From an uncultured delta proteobacterium (GTDB lineage: Bacteria > Desulfobacterota > Desulfuromonadia > Geobacterales > DSM-12255), in contig CAWBBV010000005.1 in assembly GCA_963787125.1 (NCBI GenBank), forward strand, positions 32,001 to 96,000: a DNA stretch of 64,000 nt. Direction: 5' to 3'. This document shows positions 8,055 to 17,885 of this stretch, piece after piece. The notes under the pieces are model-generated. The model ran no database searches. It saw only the letters and a program-made list of their open reading frames with translations, and was not told the DNA's origin. The position numbers and the translations under genes were made by a program. Numbering within the stretch: the stretch's first letter is position 1; each line of letters starts with the position of its first letter.

Positions 8055-9383
8055 TCAGAGCCGGTCGCGGTAATCTTCAGGGGTATTCAGGTTGACGAAC
8101 GATCTGAAATCTGGAGAAACAGCCGCTATCTCTTTGGCCGGAATTATCCTGGCCTGCATGAGGTCCAGAAGATCGATGATTTTTTTTCTGTCGGTGCGCA
8201 GAGCCTCCTCAAGAAAAGGCAAGGCGCTCCGGGCATAAAACGCGTGCAGCGGTTCATACCCACCCGGACTTGCAGGAACAAGGGCGGTCTCATCGCCAAG
8301 CTGCAGCGCCAGCCAGCGGACAAGCTCCTGATCCATAAACGGCATATCACAACCGACGACAAAGATCCGCTCCTCCGGCGACCAGGAGAGTCCGGCATGA
8401 ATACCGGCAAGCGAGCCCATACCGACATACTGATCCGGGATTTTCGGACAGGGGAGAAAAGCGTACTCTTGCGGGGTGTTGGTAACCATGACAATTTTGT
8501 CGAACAGCTCGGCCATCGACTGGTACACCGATTCAATCAACGGTTTACCGTGATACGGGAGCAGCGCCTTGTTTTGGCCCATACGGACCGATTTTCCGCC
8601 GGCCAGAATTACCCCGACCACCCCGGTAATTTTTTTGCGGGGGAGCAGCAACCGCTGCTGATGGCTGTAGACCTGAAAACGCCCGGCGCGCAGGTAGCCG
8701 ATCAGGGTAATGCCCGACTCTTCGCAGAGTTTTACCGCCATATCGGTGGGAGAGGTCCGTGACGCAAGGAGGACGATACCGAGCTGGGCCGCCTTGGCCG
8801 CCATTTCGGTGGAGATGCGCCCGGAAGTCACCAGCATCAGCCCCTCCAGATCAACCTCCTTCAACAGCGCTTCACCGGCAATCCGGTCAAGGGTGTTATG
8901 TCTGCCGAGATCCTCGGCATAAAGAATCATCCGCTCGCCGTCACCGACTGCGGCAGAGTGAATGCCACCATGGGTACGGTAGCGATCAGCCTGCGTGCCC
9001 AGCTCATCCATCAAGGCAAAAATCTGCGCCGGACTGTATCTTTTTTCGGAGGAGACTTTTGTGGAGCGGGGGGTGGAGAAGGTTATGCCGGTGCCGCACC
9101 CGGAGGTGAGCACCGGTTTGAGGCGTTCAGGGAGTTCACCCTTTATTTTTACACTGGCAGCGCCGAAATCCTGACAAACGGAGAGGAAGTCGAAATCTTC
9201 CGGACTGGAAACGAACCCCTGCAGGCGGAGAAATCCGGCTACCAGGAAGTTCAGCTCATGGGGAGAAGCAACCAGTGTGGCAATCTCCCGGCCATTGACG
9301 GTGAGAGCCAGCGGGAACTCTGCAACAACCAGACCTTCATCCTCTTGCAGGTCCCCTTTGGCGTAGGTAAAAATCTTCTGCAT
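8055..9383 (-). CDS. fdhD: FdhD sulfurtransferase fused to MobA molybdenum cofactor guanylyltransferase
   Basis: TSGCG, GGIHSAA, EDLGRHN (FdhD); ILAGGKSVRMGQNKA, GCDMP, NLNTPED (MobA). Confidence 0.92.
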   Translation of the reverse strand: MQKIFTYAKGDLQEDEGLVVAEFPLALTVNGREIATLVASPHELNFLVAGFLRLQGFVSSPEDFDFLSVCQDFGAASVKIKGELPERLKPVLTSGCGTGITFSTPRSTKVSSEKRYSPAQIFALMDELGTQADRYRTHGGIHSAAVGDGERMILYAEDLGRHNTLDRIAGEALLKEVDLEGLMLVTSGRISTEMAAKAAQLGIVLLASRTSPTDMAVKLCEESGITLIGYLRAGRFQVYSHQQRLLLPRKKITGVVGVILAGGKSVRMGQNKALLPYHGKPLIESVYQSMAELFDKIVMVTNTPQEYAFLPCPKIPDQYVGMGSLAGIHAGLSWSPEERIFVVGCDMPFMDQELVRWLALQLGDETALVPASPGGYEPLHAFYARSALPFLEEALRTDRKKIIDLLDLMQARIIPAKEIAAVSPDFRSFVNLNTPEDYRDRL

Positions 9384-9895
9384 CAGACTGCCTGGAGATT
9401 ATAGTGAGCAAGCAGTGACGCTATTTTTACCAGATCGGCAAGATTCTGCTCGGAAAAATCGTCCCCCGCTTCAGCCAGCGAAGTCCCTTTGCGGACGACC
9501 TGAAGAACGGCCTTCGCAGTACCGTCAGCGATCACCGGCACACTCATGATCTTCTGAATCGGAATCCGGTCGCTTTTTTCAGCAAGCATGAACTCGAATA
9601 TGTACAGATGGCGGCTCTTGGCAAAGGAGTTGTCAAGGGTTGTGACCAGCTCGTTGGCAGTTCTGGCGACCAGGGAATTGACGGCGTTGAGCGGAATATG
9701 ACCGGCGTTAGTCATCCCCTGAGGCCAGAGAAAGGCAATTTCGTGTTTTTTGCGGTTTACCGAGAAGATCCCCACTTCATGCGCCCGTAGCGAAAAAAAG
9801 CCCGCTATGTCGGTCGCTATGGTTTTCAGCAGCTCCTCACTACCCTGCAACGCTTCACAACGAACCTTTAGTGATTCAATAAAACTGTTGATCAT
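9383..9895 (-). CDS. GAF-like domain protein
   Basis: SLVARTA...IMSVPVIADGTAKAVLQV...DFSEQN GAF-type pattern. Confidence 0.6.
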   Translation of the reverse strand: MINSFIESLKVRCEALQGSEELLKTIATDIAGFFSLRAHEVGIFSVNRKKHEIAFLWPQGMTNAGHIPLNAVNSLVARTANELVTTLDNSFAKSRHLYIFEFMLAEKSDRIPIQKIMSVPVIADGTAKAVLQVVRKGTSLAEAGDDFSEQNLADLVKIASLLAHYNLQAV

Positions 9896-10026
9896 AAAAA
9901 ACCCTCCTCACATATCATGATTTTTGCAAAATGGATAATAACGGTAGCGAAAACAATTATCAAGCGTTCTGACCATACGCAAGCTACCCGCAAGTATTAC
10001 AAGCCGAACGGAGCGCCATACATCTT

Positions 10027-10150
10027 ATTCCACTTCTAAAGCAAAGATGAAATCAAGGCGGCGAGGATTGAGGCGACGAAGCAGTACATCAGTACGCTGA
10101 GGAGCCGAAGATAAGCCAACGAAGATAGCGCTTTGATTTAGGATTGGAAT
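10027..10150. mobile_element. MITE-like element
   Basis: Imperfect terminal inverted repeats ATTCCACTTCTAAAGCAAAG / CTTTGATTTAGGATTGGAAT; non-coding interior. Confidence 0.6.
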
Positions 10151-13149
10151 TACCGCTCAGCCAGTTTTTGGGCCGCCAGCAGTTTGACCTTGGGCAAAAA
10201 TGAACTCATGAGCGGGGCGCTCTTCCCGGCACTCTGCGCCCGTGCCAGTTCAGCCCGGTAGAACCTGTCGATGCTTGCCATAATGTCGGCTGTCAGCTCC
10301 CTTGCGTCTTCCTCCCGCTGCAAGCCGATAAGCCGCTGCTTCCCGTATATATACTGAGTCGTCGTCTCCATGATCACCAGGGAGGCTCTTGCCGGAGCTT
10401 CGCGGCTGATGAGACTCGCCAGATTAATGCTGTTTGTATGACCATCCTGATCAAGCAGTTCAAATTTTATTTTCGCCAGCTCCTTGCCGGGCTGCTTTTT
10501 CTCGATCGCAGTGGTCCCGGCAAAAAACTTCCAGGGGGCATAGTCGGCATAATCGGTATCAAGTTCGGTGACGATCTGTTCAAATTCAGGCTCCCCCATT
10601 TTCTCCAGCAGGTAAAGCACATGAACTCTGTCAGTTAGCCGGGCGGCTTTATCCCAGGCTTGCCACTGTTTTTGCTGTTCCGGCCGCAGCGCTGTGCCAG
10701 TCGCCCGGGTCAGATACGAGCTTACGCTTTCCCGGAAACCGGCAAGACCGGCTATGTTGGCAGCAGTCAGGGCATATTTGCCGATGCTGCGCGGCGCTGA
10801 AAACTCCAGATAGAGATTATTGTCGCTGTTAATCCGGGCATCACGACTGTACTGCCTGATACCGCTATCGCCCATGACAAAACTGCTCAACAGCTCCTGA
10901 GCAGACCCCATCCCGAACAGACTCAGATCGGCGTGCACCTCTTTTTCATGGAGCCGCCGCTCCAGTTCATGCTCGTCAAGCATGAGCGGCGTGTTGCTGC
11001 CGATCAGGACGGCATCCTCTTGCGCATACCAGAGCATGGTATAGCGAAAAGCGCTGGCAAAGGTCTTCATAACCGACTTGATATTATCGGTGGATAGCTC
11101 GTAGAGCGGCAGCCACTGACAGGCGATGCCGCCGGGGTTCAAATGCTTTGCAGCGAGCGTGAAATACTCCCGCGAGTAAAGATAGCCTGCCCCGCTGAAC
11201 CAGGGGTGCACCGGATCGGCGGTGATGACGTCGAACCTCTCCTGTGAGGTCAGAAGGTAGTTGCGGCCGTCATTAAAAGCGATGCGGAGTTTGGGATTGT
11301 CGAGCACCTGGTGGTTGTAAATACCGAAGCTGCGGGTGACCCCCATCAGCTGCGGCTCTATTTCAGCCAGGGTTATCTGTTCGACTTCCGGATGAACGGA
11401 CGTGGCGCCAAGGGTCATGCCGGTGCCAGCCCCGAGGACGAAGACCCGCTGAGGACTTTTGTGCAGCAGCATCGGCAGGTGCCCCAGCATGAACTGCAGC
11501 TTCATGTCCTTGATATCGTTAGACGCTTCGATTCTGCCGTTGGTGATAAAGAACTGCTCGCCCCAGTTATGAATGGAGCTCACCAGCGCCTGCAGCCCCT
11601 CCCCGTGATATAAAACCTCAAAGTTGTTCAGAACGGTCTGAAACCGCTCGGAGCCGGTATCATCCCCCCGTTGGTAGATGGCAAAGATCTTCGGCTCCCA
11701 GAGACTCATGAGATTCGGGAACTGCACCTGTATCCCCACTGACATGAGCAGAAAGGCTATTGCTGCACTCAGAGCAGTTCTGCTTGTCCGGGTGCTGGCG
11801 ATAACCACCAGCCCCAGACCTATATTGATCAGTATTAACAGCTGGAGGGAACGCTGCAAACCGGCAAAGCTGAGCAGAAAATAGCCGCAGGTTGCCGCAC
11901 CGATGATATCTCCCAGCGTATTGCTGACAAGAACCCGGCCGATAATGCGGCTGGGAATCTGGCGGCGTTCGGTGAGAATGGCAACCGCCAGCGGAAAAGT
12001 GATCCCCATGAAAAACGCGGGGACAAACATGAGCGCCGTAATCAGGGTGAAGGTAGTCAGCTGTCGAATTTCAAAAGAGCTGCCATGATTGAACTTTAGC
12101 TGAAGAAAGTTGCCCAGCGAAGTCATGTAAGTTGTCATTTCATCCAGATGACTGGAAGCGAAATAGGCTGACACACCGATGATAATCTGCACCAGGCCAA
12201 AAGCGATGGTGGCGCCGCCTGGTCTGGCGGTCAGCCTGCGGCAGAGTTTACTGAGCTCGCCATAGGAGGCGCTGCCGCAGGCAAGACCGGTCAGAAACGC
12301 CATGAGCATGAGGGTAAAGGCGTAGACACTGGCTCCGGCGATAATGGAGAGGATCCGGGTCCAGAAGATTTCGTACCCCATGGCACAAAAACCGCTGATA
12401 CCGACCCCCCAGAGCACCACTCTTTCGGCGAAGTCCGGGGCGGAGCTGCTGACGGTCAGTGAGCCACCGTTAGCGCCTTGGGCAGGAAACTGTTCCCCGG
12501 CTGCTTCTGCCTGAACAGTCTCAGCCATCCTGTTGAGAATCAGGCAGAGCCCGCCAACCGTCAGATTAGTGATCAGCGCCGCAACCAGGGCGATAGTGAG
12601 CGAAAAGTACGGAATCAGGAGAAAGCCGGCAATGGCCGCACCCATGACTGCGCCAAAGGTGTTAATCGCATAAAGCAGTGAAACGCCGATCCCGAGCTGT
12701 CTGCCGTGGCCTGACAACAGATTGGCCAGTACCGGCAGTGTCCCTCCCATGAGGGTAGTGGGGATAATCAGAGCGACGCACGCCAGCGCCACCCGGATGA
12801 CGGTGAGATAGGTTATGGAGGTGGTATTGGTCTGTGCCAGGAAGATGTAGATCGGTTGATAATAGTGCATCAACCCCAAAAAGAGCAGGGCTGCCAGGGC
12901 GATGCCGAATTCAATGCCGGCATAAAGGATAAACAGCCTGGATTTTGCCGTGATTCTAGTGCCGAACAGGTAGCTGCCAAGGGCAAGCCCACCCATAAAT
13001 ACCACCAGCACCGTGGTAACTGCCAGATGGGAACCGCCAAAAATCAGGCAGAGATAGCGGGCCCAGACTATCTGGTAGATGAGCGCAGAAGCTCCGGAAA
13101 GGAGCAGCATGGCTGCAGCCAGGGCAAAGAACAGGGGACGGGTTATCAT
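10150..13149 (-). CDS. Fused membrane (MFS-like) / spermidine synthase-like methyltransferase protein
   Basis: Many TM helices, SGASALIYQIVW; VLGAGTG, DGRNYL, FDVITADP, QWLP motifs. Confidence 0.88.
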   Translation of the reverse strand: MITRPLFFALAAAMLLLSGASALIYQIVWARYLCLIFGGSHLAVTTVLVVFMGGLALGSYLFGTRITAKSRLFILYAGIEFGIALAALLFLGLMHYYQPIYIFLAQTNTTSITYLTVIRVALACVALIIPTTLMGGTLPVLANLLSGHGRQLGIGVSLLYAINTFGAVMGAAIAGFLLIPYFSLTIALVAALITNLTVGGLCLILNRMAETVQAEAAGEQFPAQGANGGSLTVSSSAPDFAERVVLWGVGISGFCAMGYEIFWTRILSIIAGASVYAFTLMLMAFLTGLACGSASYGELSKLCRRLTARPGGATIAFGLVQIIIGVSAYFASSHLDEMTTYMTSLGNFLQLKFNHGSSFEIRQLTTFTLITALMFVPAFFMGITFPLAVAILTERRQIPSRIIGRVLVSNTLGDIIGAATCGYFLLSFAGLQRSLQLLILINIGLGLVVIASTRTSRTALSAAIAFLLMSVGIQVQFPNLMSLWEPKIFAIYQRGDDTGSERFQTVLNNFEVLYHGEGLQALVSSIHNWGEQFFITNGRIEASNDIKDMKLQFMLGHLPMLLHKSPQRVFVLGAGTGMTLGATSVHPEVEQITLAEIEPQLMGVTRSFGIYNHQVLDNPKLRIAFNDGRNYLLTSQERFDVITADPVHPWFSGAGYLYSREYFTLAAKHLNPGGIACQWLPLYELSTDNIKSVMKTFASAFRYTMLWYAQEDAVLIGSNTPLMLDEHELERRLHEKEVHADLSLFGMGSAQELLSSFVMGDSGIRQYSRDARINSDNNLYLEFSAPRSIGKYALTAANIAGLAGFRESVSSYLTRATGTALRPEQQKQWQAWDKAARLTDRVHVLYLLEKMGEPEFEQIVTELDTDYADYAPWKFFAGTTAIEKKQPGKELAKIKFELLDQDGHTNSINLASLISREAPARASLVIMETTTQYIYGKQRLIGLQREEDARELTADIMASIDRFYRAELARAQSAGKSAPLMSSFLPKVKLLAAQKLAER

Positions 13150-14390
13150 CTGTGGCGAGGATCCTTAATCAGCCACCTCACCCGCTCGACAACCGGCGGA
13201 TGCGAATAGTAAAACGCCGCATAGAAAGGGTGCGGATGCAGGTTGGCAAGATTTTCGCCGGAAAGCTTGACGAGCGCCGTTGCCATTGATTCCGGATCTG
13301 CGGTCAAGTCACTGGCGAATCTGTCCGCAGCATACTCCTGCCTCCTGGAGAGCCAGGCTGACAGGGGGGTTAAGGGGAAAAGCAGCAAAGAGACTACAAA
13401 GCCGAGCAGCACCATCCTGGCGGCAAGTGACAGCTCCGTATAACCAAGCAGTCCCGGCAGCCCTTCCCAGCCAAGTGCTTTAAAGGCGCCCCAGGAAGAG
13501 ATAAAGGCGATCCCTTCGGCGACAACCAGTCGTTTCCAGATATGGCCCAGCTTCCAGTGACCGATTTCATGGGCAAGGACTGCGACGATCTCCCGATGGT
13601 TCATCTGCTTGATCAGCGTATCATAAAGCACAATCCGCTTGAGCCGGCCGATACCGGTAAAATAGGCGTTGGAGTGGCCGCTCCGCTTGGAAGCGTCCAT
13701 CTGCATGACACTCCCGACCTTGAGGCCCGCCTTCGCCATCATCGCCCGGATCTCCTCCTCAAGCCCTGGCTCTGTCACCGGTTCGAACTTGTTGAACAGC
13801 GGTTCAATGACATAAGGGGAGATAAACATCATAAAGAGGGTAAAGAGCGCCATGAACCCCCAGACCCAGAGCCACCAATGGCCACTGCTCCACTGAATCA
13901 GGGCGAAGACAGCCCCGAGCACCAGTGACAGCAGGATTGCGCCTATCAGCTGGGATTTGAGCAGATCCGCCAGCCAGAGCCGCGGTGTGGTCTTGTTGAA
14001 GCCGTAGCGCGCCTCTACCACAAAGGTGCTGTAGAGCGAGAACGGCAGCTCCAGAATCGTCTGGACAAAGGTGAGCAGCAGGAAAAAAACGACCCCCTGA
14101 ATGATGAAGGAGCCGCTCAGAGTGATGATGAAATGATCAAAGGTAGCCAGCAGCCCGGCAAACAGGAACAGTACCAGGAGGAGATTATCGAAAAGCGAAC
14201 CCCAGAGCCCGAGACGGCTGCTCTCAAAGGTGTAGGCCGATGTTTTTTCCAGAGTTTCGCTGGTCACCAGCTCTTCAAAACCTGCGGGGACCTCTGAGCC
14301 ATGGAGTTTCAAATGGTTCAGGTTGATATGGCGGAGCCAGTAGGTGAAGGCGGTGGTGGCGGTGAAGAAACAAAATAGTAAGGCTTTCAT
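13146..14390 (-). CDS. M48 family metallopeptidase (Ste24-like)
   Basis: NAYFTG, AHEIGH, YSHPP. Confidence 0.93.
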   Translation of the reverse strand: MKALLFCFFTATTAFTYWLRHINLNHLKLHGSEVPAGFEELVTSETLEKTSAYTFESSRLGLWGSLFDNLLLVLFLFAGLLATFDHFIITLSGSFIIQGVVFFLLLTFVQTILELPFSLYSTFVVEARYGFNKTTPRLWLADLLKSQLIGAILLSLVLGAVFALIQWSSGHWWLWVWGFMALFTLFMMFISPYVIEPLFNKFEPVTEPGLEEEIRAMMAKAGLKVGSVMQMDASKRSGHSNAYFTGIGRLKRIVLYDTLIKQMNHREIVAVLAHEIGHWKLGHIWKRLVVAEGIAFISSWGAFKALGWEGLPGLLGYTELSLAARMVLLGFVVSLLLFPLTPLSAWLSRRQEYAADRFASDLTADPESMATALVKLSGENLANLHPHPFYAAFYYSHPPVVERVRWLIKDPRHR

Positions 14391-14408
14391 AACGTCCTTT
14401 TGCTGAAG

Positions 14409-15308
14409 CTACAGCCGGATCAGATCTACATGCTCTTCCTCATGGGGGTTGATATGAATCATGACATCGCCCATATTGGGGTAACTGTCAAAAATGACTT
14501 TTTTAACCGCCGTCGCAATGCGATGGGACTCTTTCACCGTCATCTCCGGATCCATGTCCAGCTTGAGATCAATAATCAGATACTGCCCGGAGCGCCGCCC
14601 TTTTATTTCGTGAACATGTTCAACCCCGTTCACCTCTTCAGCCAGCGCTGTTATGGCTGCAAGAACGGTTTCATCGGTCTGACCGTCCATGAGATCATGG
14701 GCAGCGCTTTTAAAGGTTTCCCAGCCGATATGAAAGATAAAAAAGGAGGTCAGTCCGGCGGCAAGCGGGTCCATTATGGCTATTCCGAAATAGGCGGCGC
14801 TGACACCTATGAGGGTCGCCACGGAAGTGACGGCATCTTTTCGGTGATCTTTGGCAACAGCAAGCAGCGCGGGACTCTCCAGACTGCTGCCGGTCTTCAT
14901 GGAGAAGCGGTAAAGCCACTCCTTGATAAGGATGGTCAGAAAAGCCGCAACCACGGCAATCATCTGGGGCGGAGAATATTCGGCCCTGATAATCGTCATC
15001 ACCGAGTTGTATAGAATCCAGCCGCCGGTGCCGAAAATGACCAGGGAGACAATCACCGCTGAAAGGCTTTCTGCCCGGCCATGGCCATAGGGGTGATTCG
15101 CGTCGTATGGTTTACGGCCAATCTTGAGAGCAATCATGGTTGAACCTATGGCAATAAAGTCACAGGCGCTCTCCATACCGTCGGCAAAAACAGCTTCCGA
15201 GCCGCCAAAATAGCCGGCTGAGAGCTTCATAATCATCAAAAGGGCGTTGACCCAAAACCCGATAGCAATTATCCGGTCCGCCCTGCCGAACCGCTCACTC
15301 CTCTCCAT
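14409..15308 (-). CDS. Cation diffusion facilitator transporter
   Basis: HPYGHGRAE, DHRKDA, MIHINP. Confidence 0.92.
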   Translation of the reverse strand: MERSERFGRADRIIAIGFWVNALLMIMKLSAGYFGGSEAVFADGMESACDFIAIGSTMIALKIGRKPYDANHPYGHGRAESLSAVIVSLVIFGTGGWILYNSVMTIIRAEYSPPQMIAVVAAFLTILIKEWLYRFSMKTGSSLESPALLAVAKDHRKDAVTSVATLIGVSAAYFGIAIMDPLAAGLTSFFIFHIGWETFKSAAHDLMDGQTDETVLAAITALAEEVNGVEHVHEIKGRRSGQYLIIDLKLDMDPEMTVKESHRIATAVKKVIFDSYPNMGDVMIHINPHEEEHVDLIRL

Positions 15309-17031
15309 CTAAACCTCCGGAACTGCGGATATCTTTAAGTTTCAATTGGATGCTTTCCCGGTTTTTCCAGACATTTATCTCCGGGGTGAAAACTATATCA
15401 ACAAGCTCGCTCACGGGCAACTTCCCCGCCATTTTAAAACCGATGGCATCGATGACGCCGCCATTGATCTGCAGGCCGAGCTTGAGGTGAGCATCTTTTA
15501 TCAACCGGGCGCTGACAACCGGCACCCTTTTCAGCAGGAAAAGCGGTTCCGGATTCCCCATCCCATGGGGCTTGAGGCTTGCCAGCATTGTGATGAGCAG
15601 CCTGTCAACATCTGCCGGCACCAGTTCGGCATCAATTGCAAGCTGCGGGACCAGATCTTCCGGGGTGAGGTTGGCAGCTGCATAGGCGTCGAAGGTGTCA
15701 TAGAAGGAGAGCAGCTTTTCTTGCTGAATAGCAACCCCTGCTGCCTGCTGATGGCCGCCGAATTTAAGCAGATGCGCTGCTGACGCTGAAAGCGCATTGA
15801 AAAGATGAAACGCCGGAATACTCCGCCCCGACCCCTTCCCTTCTCCATTGTTCAGCGCGATAAGAATAGTCGGCCTGTGGCAACGCTCAACGACACGCGC
15901 AGCGACTATGCCGATAACGCCCGGGTGCCAGTTTTCCGACGCCATGACAACCGCGGTCCGGCCGTTAAGAGTTGCGTCACTCTCCAGCCGCTCAAGGGCT
16001 TCGGCCAGGATCTCACGTTCAATCTCCTGCCGCTCACTGTTGGCTGCATCAAGTTCACCGGCAAGCGAATCGGCAAGCTGAATGTCTGCGGTGAGCAGCA
16101 GCTCCACCCCTCGCTTGGCGTCATCCAGGCGACCAGCCGCATTAAGCCTCGGCGCCAAACGGAAGCCGACATCGACGACGCTGATCTCCCCTGTGACGGC
16201 AGAGACTCTCTTCAAAGCTTCCAATCCTGCCCGTCCGGACTTTGCCAGCTCTTTCAGTCCGAACAGGGCAATTACCCTGTTCTCGCCGACGAGCGGCACA
16301 AGGTCGGCAATTGTCCCAAGGGTAACCAGATCGAGGTACTCTCTCAGGTTCGGTTCCGGCTGCTGCGCGAAAAAACCTCTGCTCCTGAGGCGACTCCTGA
16401 GTGCCATTGCCAGCTTGAACGCCAGCCCGACTCCGGCAAACTTCTGAAAAGGGGCAGTGCATCCCGGCTGGAGTGGATTAATGACTGCAAAAGCTGCCGG
16501 AATTGTTTCTCCTGGGGTATGATGGTCGGTAATAATCAGATCCATACCTGTCTCGCTGCAATACTGCGCCTCTTTGACCGAGGTGATGCCACAGTCGACA
16601 GTAATCAGCACCGTTGCACCAAGCCGTTTGGCTTCGTCAACCCCCTCAAAAGATAAGCCGTAACCATCTTCCAGCCTGTTAGGAATGACATAGCAGACCG
16701 GAATATGGACTGCTCTTAGAAAAGCTGTTAAAAGCACTACCGCTGTGACGCCGTCGACATCATAATCGCCATGAATGCAGACAGTTTCTTGAGCTGTTTT
16801 AGCCTGGATAAGCCGCTCAACCGCCTGTTCTACGCCCTTCATAAGGAAAGGATCACTCAAGGAGGAGAGCTTCGGGGCCAGAAATTCAGCTGCCTGGGCC
16901 GCGGTTCGAATCCCCCTGTTTACCAGCAACTGCGCCTGCAAAGGCGGGATTTTGGCATTTCTGGAAAGTTCTGCAACTATTTCCGGCTCACTGTTTTTCA
17001 GGCGCCAGCAACGCTCTAAATTCTGTTTCAC
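15295..17031 (-). CDS. recJ: ssDNA exonuclease RecJ
   Basis: GDYDVDG, TDHH, GGH motifs; probable GTG start at 17031 with GGAG RBS. Confidence 0.95.
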   Translation of the reverse strand: MKQNLERCWRLKNSEPEIVAELSRNAKIPPLQAQLLVNRGIRTAAQAAEFLAPKLSSLSDPFLMKGVEQAVERLIQAKTAQETVCIHGDYDVDGVTAVVLLTAFLRAVHIPVCYVIPNRLEDGYGLSFEGVDEAKRLGATVLITVDCGITSVKEAQYCSETGMDLIITDHHTPGETIPAAFAVINPLQPGCTAPFQKFAGVGLAFKLAMALRSRLRSRGFFAQQPEPNLREYLDLVTLGTIADLVPLVGENRVIALFGLKELAKSGRAGLEALKRVSAVTGEISVVDVGFRLAPRLNAAGRLDDAKRGVELLLTADIQLADSLAGELDAANSERQEIEREILAEALERLESDATLNGRTAVVMASENWHPGVIGIVAARVVERCHRPTILIALNNGEGKGSGRSIPAFHLFNALSASAAHLLKFGGHQQAAGVAIQQEKLLSFYDTFDAYAAANLTPEDLVPQLAIDAELVPADVDRLLITMLASLKPHGMGNPEPLFLLKRVPVVSARLIKDAHLKLGLQINGGVIDAIGFKMAGKLPVSELVDIVFTPEINVWKNRESIQLKLKDIRSSGGLDGEE

Positions 17032-17073
17032 GGAATCACTCCTAACCCTTAAAACCCTGATGACACCTCTTTT

Positions 17074-17161
17074 GTAGGGGTGCCCCTCGTGGGTACCCGC
17101 TTTGGTCTTATGCCGGTTTGAGCGGAGATAAAACCTGGGCGGGCACAAGACCCGCCCCTAC
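17074..17161. repeat. Inverted pair of GTAG-type REP sequences (REPIN-like)
   Basis: GTAGGGGTGCCCCTCGTGGGTACCC ... GGGCGGGCACAAGACCCGCCCCTAC. Confidence 0.75.
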
Positions 17162-17190
17162 AAAAAAAATCCCCGCAAAAAGCGGGGATT
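17162..17190 (-). terminator. Rho-independent terminator
   Basis: AATCCCCGC-AAAAA-GCGGGGATT stem with T-run on minus strand. Confidence 0.75.
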
Positions 17191-17197
17191 CTATAGT

Positions 17198-17794
17198 CTA
17201 TTTCCAGTTACCTGTTTTTGGTGGGCCGCCACCGGCTTTCAGCTCTTCGACCATGGCCTTTACCTGCTGCCCTTGCGGGCTCATGGCGTCAAGGACAAGA
17301 TAGCGCTGCCAGGCAGCAATAGCTTTATCCTTCTGCTTGAGGTCATTTGAGTAGACCACACCAAGATTGAAAAGACTCTGGGCATGCTTGGGATCCAGCT
17401 TATTCGCTTTTTCAAAGTTTTCCACGGCTTTGTCGAAAAGCCCCATCTTCCGGTACATAACCCCTTGATCAGTCAGCAGATTCGGAGCGCTCTGATTCAG
17501 AGGTTCGAGCTCAAGAGCTTTTGCGTAGGCATTGACAGCTTTTTGGGGTTGCTCTGTATCAAAATAGTCGTTGGCGAGTTGAACCCAGGCTTTGTAATTT
17601 TTCGGGTCCTGAGTGACGATTTTTTCAGCTTCAATGATCCGCTGGGTATAGTCAGAAGGAGAACCATTACCCATCGGGACTGACGCTGGCGCCTCAGCAT
17701 TTTTGTTCTTATTGGCAACACTGAAGATAAGAAATCCGCCCAAAAGGCCGACCAGAAGTGCAACAATTATATAAACCAGATTCTCCTGTTTCAC
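17198..17794 (-). CDS. Membrane-anchored TPR protein
   Basis: N-terminal TM helix, TPR repeats; GTG start with AGGAGG. Confidence 0.85.
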   Translation of the reverse strand: MKQENLVYIIVALLVGLLGGFLIFSVANKNKNAEAPASVPMGNGSPSDYTQRIIEAEKIVTQDPKNYKAWVQLANDYFDTEQPQKAVNAYAKALELEPLNQSAPNLLTDQGVMYRKMGLFDKAVENFEKANKLDPKHAQSLFNLGVVYSNDLKQKDKAIAAWQRYLVLDAMSPQGQQVKAMVEELKAGGGPPKTGNWK

Positions 17795-17885
17795 GAAAAC
17801 ATCCTCCTTAGCAAGTTGGAAGTTATTTCCTGCGCGTTTGAGGCAGAAAATAACTTCGTTGACACACTTAGCCTGCTTGTCAGGG

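Noticed and set aside
9940..10000. Possible riboswitch upstream of the GAF/fdhD operon
   Set aside because: Only a weak GGTAGC/GCTACC pairing; no Moco or c-di-GMP consensus recognised
17012..17035. Xer-like site TCTAAATTCTGTTTCACGGAA
   Set aside because: Lies within the probable first codons of recJ
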